Source: the human T2T-CHM13v2.0 reference genome, Homo sapiens. Taken from it: a stretch of DNA of 64,000 bases. The notes beneath the pieces were generated by a model, which made no database searches, was not told the DNA's origin, and worked only from the letters and a program-made list of their open reading frames with translations. Position numbers and translations under genes: made by a program. The stretch lies in the NCBI RefSeq assembly GCF_009914755.1, contig NC_060935.1; one strand, 5' to 3'. Below, piece after piece: positions 13,899 to 24,834 of this stretch. The first letter of the stretch is position 1. Every line of letters begins with the position of its first letter.

Positions 13899-14384
13899 TG
13901 TGGTAAGCTGAGTAATGTCCCTCAAGGATATCCACATCCTTATCCCCTGAATCTGTGAATGTGTTGTCTTACATGGCCGAAAGGACTTTGCAGCTACAAT
14001 AAAGTTAAGGATTTTCACATGGGGACAGTATCCCGTATAATCCAAACAGGCCCAATATAATCACAAAGGTCCTTATTAGAGTGATACAGGAGAGTCAAAG
14101 AGAAGCAAAGGTAAGAGGGGATGGGGTCAGGGGGGAGATTTGAAGATGCTGTATGGCTGGACTTGAAGGTGGAGAAGGAAGTCATGAGCCAAGGAATGTA
14201 AGTGGTCTCTAGAAGCTAAAAAAGGCAAGAAATATATTCTCCCCTAGAATCTCCAGAAGGAATGCACCCGGCTGATATCTTGATTTTAGCCCTTGTAAGA
14301 CGCATTTCAGATATTTGACCTCCAGAACTACAGGATAATAAATCTGCGATAAGTGGTTACTGCAGCTAATAGAAAACTAACACA
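13899..14384 (+). mobile_element. MLT1D-like solo LTR
   Basis: tgtggt...'gatatccacatccttatccc', 'aaggactttgcag', ends 'agaaaactaacaca'. Confidence 0.85.
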
Positions 14385-15392
14385 GTCCCTTGCCCCACAA
14401 CTGTCACAATTGAAGAGGCCTGCAAGCCTTTTGAGTCTTACGGTAGATGCCTTGACCTACCTGCACAAGCTTTGTGTTTGCAGCTCTCTTCCCAGAGGCA
14501 GCCTTGCAGAGATCCCCAGGCACCACCTGGGAGGCTGAGTGAAGCTGGGGCAGCCAGGATTGTTGCCCACTCTGTTCCTTTTTCCCCCTTCATGGGCCTT
14601 CTCCAGCTGCCCCATCAAATCCAGGCAAGGCTCTACAAGACTACCCTCCCCCACTTTCCACCTATGCCTCAACCTTAATTCACCCCAGGCCAGCAGAGCT
14701 GCATGTGTCTTTGTGAGAAATCACTGTTCTCAGGTACTTCTCCGTTGAGCAACTGGATATACCCAGACAGCCTAGGGAGTAAGTTCCCAGGGAGGTAAAT
14801 GCCCACCTAGGACACATCAAACACACCTGTGTCAATTCCAAACTTTGAGTACAAAAAAAAAAAAAAGGATTACTCAAGAAGGTGCTGATAAAACTTTAAA
14901 TGTGTAGGTCTCCCAATCAGCATGTGCTGCCAAGAACACTTTCCTGTGGCTCCACCTCTCTCTACTCCCATCACTGAAATTGCACCTTTTTCATCAATGT
15001 AGGCCTTATTTCACAGATCTATAGGAAGAAGATTGGACTAGATAATTATTCTAAGGAATCATCTACTGCACCATGACCTGTGACCTAAATAGGCCTAAAA
15101 AACGGTTTTTCTTAATGGGTTTAAGCTGCTTTCCATTTTTTACCTCAGAGCACTGAGGGTCCTCTGCCCTAGAGTTCTTTCCATAGAGTTCTGCAAGGCC
15201 TGGTTTAGCCAGTTAGGCCAAAATTGTTTTCATGTGATGGGCTAAAACATAGAATTCCTAATATTGCTCAGTACACATTCTCTTTAACTGATTTGATTTT
15301 TATAAACCTAAACCTGTACCCACTTTTGTATCATTTTAGCTAGATTTATTCTTTGACTCTTTTATTCTTTTGGTGTTAACTTTTCTACTGTA

Positions 15393-15684
15393 TTTTTTTT
15401 TTTTTTTTTTTTTTTTAGACACGGTCTTGCTCTGGCACTCAGGCTGGAGTGCAGTGGCATGAATTCTCAACCTCCTGGGATCAAGTGATCCTCCCACCTC
15501 AGCCTTCCAAGTAGCTGGAACTACACGTGCATGCCTCCACACAGAGCTAATTTTTTAAATTTTTTGCAGAGATGGGGTTTTGCCTCATTGCCCAGGCTGG
15601 TCTCGAACTCCTGGGCTCAAGCAATCTTCCCACCTCAGCCTCCCAAAGTGCTGGGATTACAGGTGTGAGCCACCACGCCTGGCC
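15393..15684 (-). mobile_element. AluJ
   Basis: Poly-T plus antisense Alu with 'ctcctgggctcaagcaatc'. Confidence 0.92.
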
Positions 15685-16395
15685 TTTTACTCTATTTTCA
15701 TTGTTCTTAGTTTATTTTGCCTCCTTATGATTATTTATACTGCTTTCTTACCTCCATTCTTCTTAGGGCTTTATCAAGATTCCATTTTACTTGTTTTATC
15801 CTGTTTTTATACTAATTTTAGTTGCTTTAGCATTTTTAAATTTTTCTAACTAATTAATTTTTATTATATCTTTTCTGATTATTTAAATTACATAACTGGA
15901 AAGCATAAAGAGATAATCTGCAGGAATAGCCCATAACCCAAGCAAGAGAAGTAGAATGTTTTCTTCTTCAGAAAACCACCAATTTGTTCTCTTGGTAATT
16001 TCTAGACATTAGTAAGTATTATTAGTAGTCTGTGGATCGGGGACCTATAGCAAGTACAATTCGGAGTCTCTCTGAGCACCAGGGGCTTAAATCTCCCTGT
16101 GGTAAGCTAAGATGTTAGTAGGGGTTAGAATAAAGGGGAGTATAAGATAAAAGCTTAAGTACTTCCCCCATGTGTGGCCCAGGGAGCTCAAAGTCAGTAA
16201 AGAGCTCTTCTAAGCCTAATAAGGAAGGCTTCTTGGGAGAAGTGGGTCTTATTAAGACCTACTTCTTAATATTTCTTAATATTGTTAAATATATTTGCTG
16301 ACCAACAAATTGTGCTTTTATTACAAGGTAATAAAAACTTCACTATATTGACCTAGAAAACAGATCAATTTAAAAAGTAAAATAGTTGTTTAACT

Positions 16396-16466
16396 ATTTT
16401 TATTTTATTTTATTTATTTACTTACTAATATTTAGAGATTGAGTCTCTCACTCCATCGCCCAAGCT
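16396..16466 (-). mobile_element. Alu extreme 3' fragment (last ~30 nt + A-rich tail) fused to L1 ORF2
   Basis: 'ttattttatt...gagattgagtctctcactccatcgcccaagct' matches the antisense Alu 3' end; the rest of the Alu is absent. Confidence 0.8.
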
Positions 16467-16783
16467 CTTCTTGTTGAATTGATCCCTTTACCATTATGTA
16501 ATGGCCTTGTCTCTTTTGATCTTTGTTGTTTTAAAGTCTGTTTTATCAGAGACTAGGATTGCAACCCCTACCTTTTTTTGTTTTCCATTTGCTGGTAGAT
16601 CTTCCTCCATCCCTTTATTTTGAGCCTATTTGTGTCTCTGCATGTGAGATGGGTCTCCTGAATACAGCATGCTGATGGATCTTGACTCTTTATCCAATTT
16701 GTCAGTCTGTGTCTTTTAATTGGAGCATTTAGCCCATTTACATTTAAGGTTAGTATTGTTATGTGTGAATTTGATCCTGTCAT
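16463..16783 (-). pseudogene. L1 ORF2 endonuclease N-terminal remnant
   Basis: MTGSNSHITILTLNVNGLN...QETHL...WRKIYQ, then a 1-nt deletion near 16593 (taccagcaaat vs consensus taccaagcaaat) and truncation. Confidence 0.92.
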
Positions 16784-16846
16784 TATGATGTTAGCTGGTT
16801 ATTTTGCTTGTTAGTTGACGCAGTTTCTTCCTAACATCGATGGTCT

Positions 16847-17863
16847 TTACAATTGTGCATGTTTTTGCAGTGGCTGGTACCGGTTGTTCCTTTCCATGTT
16901 TAGCGCTTCCTTCAGGAGCTCTTTTAGGGCAGGCCTGGTGGTGACAAAATCTCTCAGCATTTGCTTGTCTGTAAAGTATTTTATTTCTCCTTCACTTATG
17001 AAGCTTAGTTTGGCTGGATATGAAATTCTGGGTTGAAAATTCTTTTCTTTAAGAATGTTGAATATTGGGCCCCACTCTCTTCTGGCTTGTAGAGTTTCTG
17101 CCAAGAAATCAGCTGTTAGTCTGATGGGCTTCCCTTTGTGGGTAACCTGACCTTTCTCTCTGGCTACCCTTAACATTTTTTCCTTCATTTCAACTTTGGT
17201 GAATCTGACAATTATGTGTCTTGGAGTTGCTCTTCTTGAGGAGTATCTTTGTGGCATTCTCTGTATTTCCTGAATTTGAATGTTGGCCTGCCTTGCTAGA
17301 TTGGGGAAGTTCTCCTGTATAATATCCTGCAGAGTGTTTTCCAACTTGGTTCCATTCTCCCCGTCACTTTCAGGTACACCAATCAGACGTAGATTTGGTC
17401 TCTTCACATAGTGCCATATTTCTTGGAGGCTTTGTTCATTTCTTTTTATTCTTTTTTCTCTAAACTTCTCTTCACACTTCATTTCATTCATTTCGTCTTC
17501 CATCGCTGATACCCTTTCTTCCAGTTGATCGCATTGGTTACTGAGGCTTGTGCATTCGTCACATAGTTCTTGTGCCATGGTTTTAAGCTCCATCAGGTCC
17601 TTTAAGGACTTCTCTGCATTGGTTATTCTAGTTATCCATTCATCTAATTTTTTTTCAAAGTTTTTAACTTCTTTGCCATTGGTTCGAACTTCCTCCTTTA
17701 GCTCGGAGTAGTTTGATCTTCTGAAGCCTTCCTCTTTCAACTCATCAAAGTCATTCTCAATCCAGCTTTGTTCCATTGCTGGTGAGGAGATGCGTTCCTT
17801 TGGAGGAGGAGAGGCCCTCTGATTTTTAGAGTTTCTGATTTTTCTGCTCTGTTTTTTCCCCAT
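16847..17863 (-). CDS. LINE-1 ORF1p (RNA-binding/chaperone trimer), full-length open 338 aa
   Basis: MGKKQSRK...; coiled coil; RRM 'KRPNLRLIG', 'RATPRHIIVRFT'; CTD 'REKG', 'ARREWG', 'YPAKLS' all retained. Confidence 0.93.
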   Translation of the reverse strand: MGKKQSRKIRNSKNQRASPPPKERISSPAMEQSWIENDFDELKEEGFRRSNYSELKEEVRTNGKEVKNFEKKLDEWITRITNAEKSLKDLMELKTMAQELCDECTSLSNQCDQLEERVSAMEDEMNEMKCEEKFREKRIKRNEQSLQEIWHYVKRPNLRLIGVPESDGENGTKLENTLQDIIQENFPNLARQANIQIQEIQRMPQRYSSRRATPRHIIVRFTKVEMKEKMLRVAREKGQVTHKGKPIRLTADFLAETLQARREWGPIFNILKEKNFQPRISYPAKLSFISEGEIKYFTDKQMLRDFVTTRPALKELLKEALNMERNNRYQPLQKHAQL

Positions 17864-18360
17864 CTTTGTGGTTTGATCTACCTTTGGTCTTTGATGATGG
17901 TGACGTACAGATGGGGTTTTGGTGTGGATGTCCTTTCTGTTTGTTAGTTTTCCTTCTAACAGTCAGGACCCTCAGCTGCAGGTCTGTTGGAGTTTACTGG
18001 AGGTCCACTCCAGACCCTGTTTTCCTGGGTATCAGCAGCGGTAGCTGCAGAACAGCGGATATTGGTGAAGCGCAAATGCTGCTGCCTGATCATTCCTCTG
18101 GAAGTTTTGTCTCAGAGGAGTACCCGGCCGTATGAGGTGTCATTCCACCCCTACTGGGGGGTGCCTCCCAGTTAGGCTACTCGGGGGTCAGGGACCCACT
18201 TGAGGAGGCAGTCTGCCCATCTCTCAAGCTGCGTGCTGGGGGAACCACTACTCTCTTCAAAGCTCAGTTGGAAATGCAGAAATCACCCGTCTTCTGCATC
18301 GCTCATGCTGGGAGCTGTAGACTGGAGCTGTTCCTATTCGGCCATCTTGGCTCCCAAGCC

Positions 18361-18518
18361 ATGATCACAAGTTCCAACAATAGGCTGTCTGCAAGCTGGA
18401 GGAGCAAGAAGAGCCAGTCTGAATCTTAAAACTGAAGAACTTGGAGTCTGATGTTCAAGTATTCCTGGAAGCATCCAGCACAAGAGAAAGATGTAGGTTG
18501 GGAAGCTAGGCCCATCTC
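18361..18518 (-). mobile_element. Internal fragment of MLT2A1 (ERVL LTR), approximately TSS to splice donor
   Basis: Minus strand gagatgggcctagcttcccaacctacatctttctc...ctccaagttcttcagtttt...gcagacagcctattgttggaacttgtgatcat; no U3 or LTR termini present. Confidence 0.85.
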
Positions 18519-19207
18519 CATTCTTGCTTTCTTATACACAAAATAAAAGAAAGTAAGCTCTGTGAATTGTTGATTGACTTGTATATCTCAAGTGTGAAGA
18601 TTTATTTGATGAAAATGTTAAATATTTGTGAGTGTATAGCTTATGAGATGCAGCTATAATACGTTTAAACCAATGGAGTTTTATTGGCAGAGTAAACGTA
18701 CACTTGCTTCTAATAATACTCACAATAAAAAATAAGGCCTGTCCCAAGTGCCTTAGCTATGGAGTAATCTGTATCAGTCAGAAAAACTTAACTCCACCCC
18801 CAGAAAAAGAGGTTAGCTACCTTCAGATTTGTCTCTGTTTATTTACTATGTAGACTCTAAATCCCATACTGGGGAGATTACCTGTGTTGTCAAGGTTTCC
18901 TTTCAAGAAACAACAAACTCTTCACAGGTCAGGTAGCACTTAAAGCTCATGAAATGGAGAATAAAGACAAAGTTGGCATTCTGGCATTCAGAAGGGAAAA
19001 GTCTTTAAAGAGTAAAAAACATTCCTATAGTTAGTTGTATAAGTGTACGGAACCATGGGGCATTGCATGACCCAATTTTGGGGCAATTCATGAGTAAGAA
19101 AGTGGAGAATTGACAAAGCGGTTAGAAAGGAGGCGTGTTCTACAACAAGACAAGATTACAGAGCCTTTTGGATAAATTAGGATTTCAGCTGGTGCCCCCA
19201 ATTGACG

Positions 19208-19391
19208 TTTTTTTGTTTGGTTGGGTTTTTTGTTGTTGCTGTTTTTTGTTTTGTTTTGTTTTGTTTTGTTTTAGTAGAGATAGGGTTTCACCATGTTAGC
19301 CAGGATGGTTTCGATCTCCTGACCTCATGATCTGCCCACCTATGACTTCCCAAAGTGCTGGGATTACAGGCCTGAGCCACTGCTCCCGGCC
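19208..19391 (-). mobile_element. Alu left monomer only (AluSc/Y-type) with tail and TSD
   Basis: 'gttagccaggatggt', 'gacctcatgatc'; TSD ccaatt(g/c)acgttt at 19198-19210 and 19394-19406. Confidence 0.88.
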
Positions 19392-19464
19392 TTCCAATTC
19401 ACGTTTGGAAGAGGAAACTTGCAGATCGGAGTGACTCATTCTTCAAGTGTGTTCTTTAGGCAGG

Positions 19465-19483
19465 GCCTCCATCTAGTGGTTTG
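19465..19483 (-). promoter_or_regulatory. Candidate CTCF site
   Basis: Minus-strand CCACTAGATGGAG, one mismatch to core CCASYAGRKGGCR. Confidence 0.45.
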
Positions 19484-20017
19484 CCCTGGAAATTAACCCG
19501 CAGCCTTTATTAAATACACACTACTTCTTTTCACAAACTTTATGAAAATAGAAAATTAGAGCTCCCTCATGTAGCATGGCAGAGGAAAATTTCCCTCCTG
19601 AACTCATGAATTCTGTCCTTTCATTGCTTGCTAAGAAGTGCAGCATTCTTAACCTCTAGATTTTGTCATGCCCTCTCCATTCATGGAGTTTTCATACCCA
19701 GTGTATCTCTTTGCACATAGAAGAAAACTGTGATTTCTAACAACCAAAGAAACAAAACTGTGTGTGTCTATGTGTGTCTGTGTCTCTGTGTGTGTGTAGA
19801 GTGTGCTAAGAAAGAGCTCAGCTGTAGAATAGACAATAGCAATTGGTAAAGGTGTGGACATATCATAAGTATTAGTAAGAACAACAGGAGAATGGATGAA
19901 TGTTAACTGGACAGTGAGATAAAAGCAGATGAACAAACTTGCAAGGGAGGAACAGCATGTCTCACCAGGAAGCAGAATGGGGCCAAAACAAGCTGAATCT
20001 CAGCTGGGACATACATA

Positions 20018-20038
20018 GTCACTGAATCAGTGACGTCA
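20018..20038. promoter_or_regulatory. Palindrome with overlapping full CRE (TGACGTCA)
   Basis: gtcactga-a-tcagtgac inverted repeat; TGACGTCA at 20031-20038. Confidence 0.4.
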
Positions 20039-20104
20039 GATTTTCAGAGCTCTCCTGCTCCTATCTGTAACTTTGAACAAGTCCTTCTCCATGTGAGCTT
20101 CTGA

Positions 20105-20424
<320 letters not shown>

Positions 20425-21065
20425 TTATCACTGGATCTTAAAGCTGCTTTAGCCACATACCCCTTGGCAGGTCTGATAAGCAATATGGACCCTCTTCTCT
20501 CACTTACATTTAATTTTTTACACAATTTTTATGATTTAAGGACATCCCTGATTCCCAGTTTTACTATTTTGTAGAAAATAGGCCTGTGACAATTCTTAGC
20601 ACTGGTGCAGTTTTTTCTTTTGTTTAATATTTCCTTATTTTCACTCTTAAACATTTTTCAGTCCCTTCTGTGTGTGCTCTCACATATTTTTCAGTGCCAC
20701 TGACTCTGTTTTCCCCATCGTTGTTCATTTTTCCTTCTGTTTTCCGTTACTCATTTGTGTCATCTCTCTCCGTTTATGTGTTTTATTAGACATGTCGTCT
20801 TTCAGCCACACTAAGAGCAAACAGCCCACTTAAAGAAAATCTTTATGTCCCTCAAGACAGAATCAGAAAACATGACATGGGAAAGTAGATGAGTGATAGT
20901 GGGTAAGAAAGAAATTCTAAGAAGTCATGACAGTGAGAAATAAAGGAAGAAATGTACAGAAAGACACCAGATAAAGACCCTTCCAATTTAGGGCAGCACC
21001 TTTCAGCTTTTATGAATGTATGCCATATTTTCAAATGCTAGAAATCTTGGGAGCATATGTGAATG

Positions 21066-21627
21066 TGTGGAGGATTTTTTCCCCCAAAGATGCTCAGAAC
21101 AATGACTCTCATCCCAGAGACTCTTGTTAAAATGCAACTTTGGCATTCTGCCCATCGAGAGATGGGTCTGTATCCCCTCCCCTTGAATCTGAGCAGTCTG
21201 TAACTCACTTGTAACAAATAGATTGCAGTGAAAGTAAATTCTAAAGTGAGGTCAGAAAGGGTGAGGGTCCCATGGAACACCTGCACTGGGGTCTTTGGTT
21301 CCCATGTGAGCACTCCAACTGCTCTGAGGCTGCCATGCTGTGAGGAAGCAAGCTAGTTTACATGAGGAGACGACATGGAGAAGCCCTGAGACTATCTGAA
21401 GAAGAGATATAAGTGAGAGATCTAGCTGTCCCCAGCTGCTCCATATCTCTACTGTTACAGCTGTAGCCACCAGCTCACTGAAACTTCATTAAAGACTCCA
21501 GAACCATCCAGCAGAGCCTTTCCCCAAATCACTAACCCACAGAAACCAAGAGAGATGATAAAACAATTGTTGTATTAAGCCAGTAAGTTCTGGAGTAATT
21601 TGTTACACAGCAATAGATAATTGGAAT
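21066..21627 (+). mobile_element. MLT1 (H/G-like) solo LTR
   Basis: 'cccctccccttgaatctg', 'gctgccatgctgtgaggaagc', end 'gtaatttgttacacagcaatagataattgg'. Confidence 0.8.
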
Positions 21628-21728
21628 GAAAAGAAAGCATCGAAACAATTCTAAAGAAGTCAGGGATCATTAGAATGTAATCACCACTGCAGAATCATTG
21701 TGACTCACACTGCCTATAAAAACATCCT

Positions 21729-21762
21729 TGATTTCTTCCACAGACTGATTTCTTCCACAGAC
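21729..21762. repeat. Perfect 17-bp tandem duplication
   Basis: tgatttcttccacagac x2. Confidence 0.95.
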
Positions 21763-21944
21763 TCTCCTCAGCAACATTCCCTTCTGGGTATACTCAAGTT
21801 CCAGTAAACACTCTCATTCCGTGACTCTGGCTTGATATAACTATTCTATACCCTGCCCTGCAGTGCCTCCCTGACCAGCTCATCTCAATGTGTCATTTCA
21901 CAGACACCAACATAATACAAAAGTATTTGGATCAAAATCTAGTG

Positions 21945-22230
21945 GCTCACCTAGTACCCAGATCTTGATGTCTAATACTATTTTTCAATAAAAGGAACCA
22001 GGGATCCTTGGAGAAATGGCTGATTCCAGAGCTGGGGCACAGAAAATACAAAGTGAGCCTGGAGCATCTTTCAATGCTAGAAAGTAAGGAGGTATTCAAA
22101 AAGCAAAAGGATGATAAAAGTATACACGAGTCAACCTGGAAAAGCACCTGATGGCCAAAGCTAAAATAATTTGAAGAACAAAATAATGTAGTATTAGGTT
22201 ATTATCCAAAGTATAAATAAATATTTATCC
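21945..22230 (+). mobile_element. L1MC/MD 3'UTR fragment
   Basis: 'caataaaaggaaccagggatccttggagaaatggctgattcc'. Confidence 0.75.
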
Positions 22231-22269
22231 ATCTCCCTTTTATAGATAATATTTGGAAAACAATTATAG

Positions 22270-22400
22270 CTGATAACAATAATTACTTACATATATTACT
22301 ATGTGGTAGGTCCTATTCTAAACACTTTGGATATATTAATTATTTTAAGGTAAATACTATTGTTATAATCATTTTACAGATGAGAAACACAAGGCTTGTC
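22270..22400 (-). mobile_element. MIR fragment
   Basis: 'cattttacagatgagaaacac' core. Confidence 0.6.
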
Positions 22401-23149
22401 ATGTCAAGGCACAAATCGAAAAGAATAACATTTGTACAGCACTTTGTAGGTCCTGGCAGGCATAAGAAACCATCTGTGGGGGCACTGGCCACCTCAGGCC
22501 CTATCTAGCCATCCAACAGTTGACTATACTAGTGAATTGTTTCAAGGCACACCAAGAAGCTCTGGTATAATTTTCTCAATGTACACAGCCTATAATTTAA
22601 ACCTAGGTCTACCTGACACCACAATGTGACCTCTTGAGCTCTCTGCCCTATAACCAAAATACTAAATTCCAACACTGTGCTAATAATTATATTAAGATTA
22701 TATGATCATACTGATTCAATGTAGAGTCTCAGAAGCTATACAAACTCTTTCAAGGCCCTGAAGAAAATGTAGCTATTAACCTATTGAATAAAAAGTAAAG
22801 TATCTGCCCAAGCAAGACACCCAGGACTAACCTGCTCAATGGAGAGACACAGAAAAACCTCTCAAGCAGAACACAGCTAACCTGAACTCTCTGTTCCCAG
22901 AACTTTAGCTGAGTCTCACTTCTAGGGGAAAAAAACACACACACACGGGAACAAGCTGATTTATTTTCCTTGACCTAGAACAAAAATCACAACATCTAGG
23001 GGTTTTTTGAGGTCAGAACAAACTCAATGTTCAGCCTCCACCCTCTTCCACCACAGGAACATTATTAGAAAAAAGGATAATGGCATTGTAAAAACAGAGC
23101 AGAGAGCAGACAGGGGAGGGGACAAGGGAGGGAGTGGAATATTCTTTGC

Positions 23150-23352
23150 AAACACCTGCTACGTGCTAAGAACTGCGCCAGACGCCATCTAGCATCACTT
23201 CATTGCTTTTCATAGCAACAGTTTGAGAAAAGTGTCATGAACTCCATTTTACATGTGAACCCAAGGTTTAGAGAGGTAAAATAATTTGCCTAAGATCAGC
23301 TAATCAATGATGAAGATAGTATTTGTGTCCAACTTGACTGGCTCCAAAGCCC
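23150..23352 (-). mobile_element. MIR
   Basis: 'ccattttacatgtgaacccaaggtttagagaggtaaaataatttgcctaagatca'. Confidence 0.7.
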
Positions 23353-23661
23353 ATGTCTTGGATAGTTAAAGGGATAGGCAGACCCCTAAGCTCAAAGAAA
23401 GGCTAGGCCCTACAGATGGAGATCCAGAAAGGTCCTCATGATGCTGACAGAATGCAGGTCCCAAACTCCATGTTTGTTAAGTAGGGATAAATCTAAAAAT
23501 AGAAATGAATGGCATATCCCTCTTAGTACAGGTAGGTATGACAGTGGGAAATGACTCAATAGGGGTATACTAGGGTGTCACAGAAGGCTGGATTACAGAG
23601 GCAGGCTTCCTGTCTCACAGAAGCAGAGAATGCCAGCCATAAGCTAACATTTATTGAGTGA

Positions 23662-24037
23662 TGCTATAATCTAAGTGAGTCCCCCAAAATTCATGTGTTG
23701 GAAACTGAATCTTCAATGCAATACTGTTGAGAGGTGAGGCTTTTTGGAAGATGTTTAGGTCATGAGAGCTTCTCTCTCATTAATGGATTAATGCCACTAT
23801 AAAAACGTTGCAGAAGTGGATCCTCTCTCTTCTGTTCTTCTGCCATGTGAGGACACAAGGTTCCTCTTCTCCAGAGGATGCAGCAACAAGGCACCATCTT
23901 AGAACCTGAGAATGAACCTACTGGTGCCTTGATCTTGGACTTCCCAACCTCCAGAACTATAAGAGATAAATTTCTGTTCTTTACAAATTATCCAGTGTCA
24001 GGTATTCTGTGATGGTAGCCCAAAATGGACTAAGACA
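23662..24037 (+). mobile_element. MSTD-like solo LTR inserted in a MIR
   Basis: 'cccccaaaattcatgtgttggaaac' ... 'aatggactaagaca'; MIR halves on both sides. Confidence 0.82.
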
Positions 24038-24528
24038 GATACTTACAATATGCAAGATACTTTTCTTAATAAGTATTTTCTTATTTAATTCTTGCAGCAG
24101 CGCTATGAGGAAGACACAACTATTATCTCCAGTCTACAATGTGAAACTGAGAACTAAATTGCTTACCTAACTAATCTAATGTCCCTTAGAAAGTCAGGAT
24201 AGAGCCAGGAACTCTGATTCCAGAACCTAAGTTCTTAACCATGAAGAGGAAAGAAACTAAATTCAAATACTAAGGTTCATACTATGTTATTCAGTCTAAT
24301 TAGAGTATTAAGTTGTATTGCCATTACAATAATGAATTTCACTTTAGTAATGAATTTTATTAGCATTAATTTTTATTACCATAGTTTTGAATTTTATTAT
24401 AACCCTTGGCTTAATATTTATAATATATTGCATGTATTATTTTAGTACTGGGTTTTATGGTGATGGTTATTATTGTCACAGTTCAGGATTTTATTATTGC
24501 TATGTTTAGTGTTTTAATAATTACTTTT

Positions 24529-24834
<306 letters not shown>

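Larger units (their letters stand above)
16463..18360 (-). mobile_element. L1PA3/4-like element with spliced 5'UTR (SpIRE97/622-type), intact ORF1, 3'-truncated in early ORF2
   Basis: Minus strand starts ggagccaagatggccgaataggaacagc; junction ccaactgag|ctttgaagagag at 18263/18262; ORF1; ORF2 start MTGSNSHITIL; ends at caacaagaagagct. Confidence 0.95.

Noticed and set aside
15752-15765. ctccattcttctta resembling the flank at 18516-18534 as the missing TSD partner
   Set aside because: Only a 10-nt exact match in pyrimidine-rich DNA, with no adjacent poly-T tail.
16459-18359. 7-bp direct repeat cccaagc at both ends of the L1 segment as a TSD (endonuclease-independent insertion)
   Set aside because: The left copy is explained by Alu sequence (cccaggct variant) and the right overlaps the L1 5' end. 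Removing the L1 would join unrelated Alu and MLT2A1 pieces, so it is not a restored target. Kept only as a weaker alternative.
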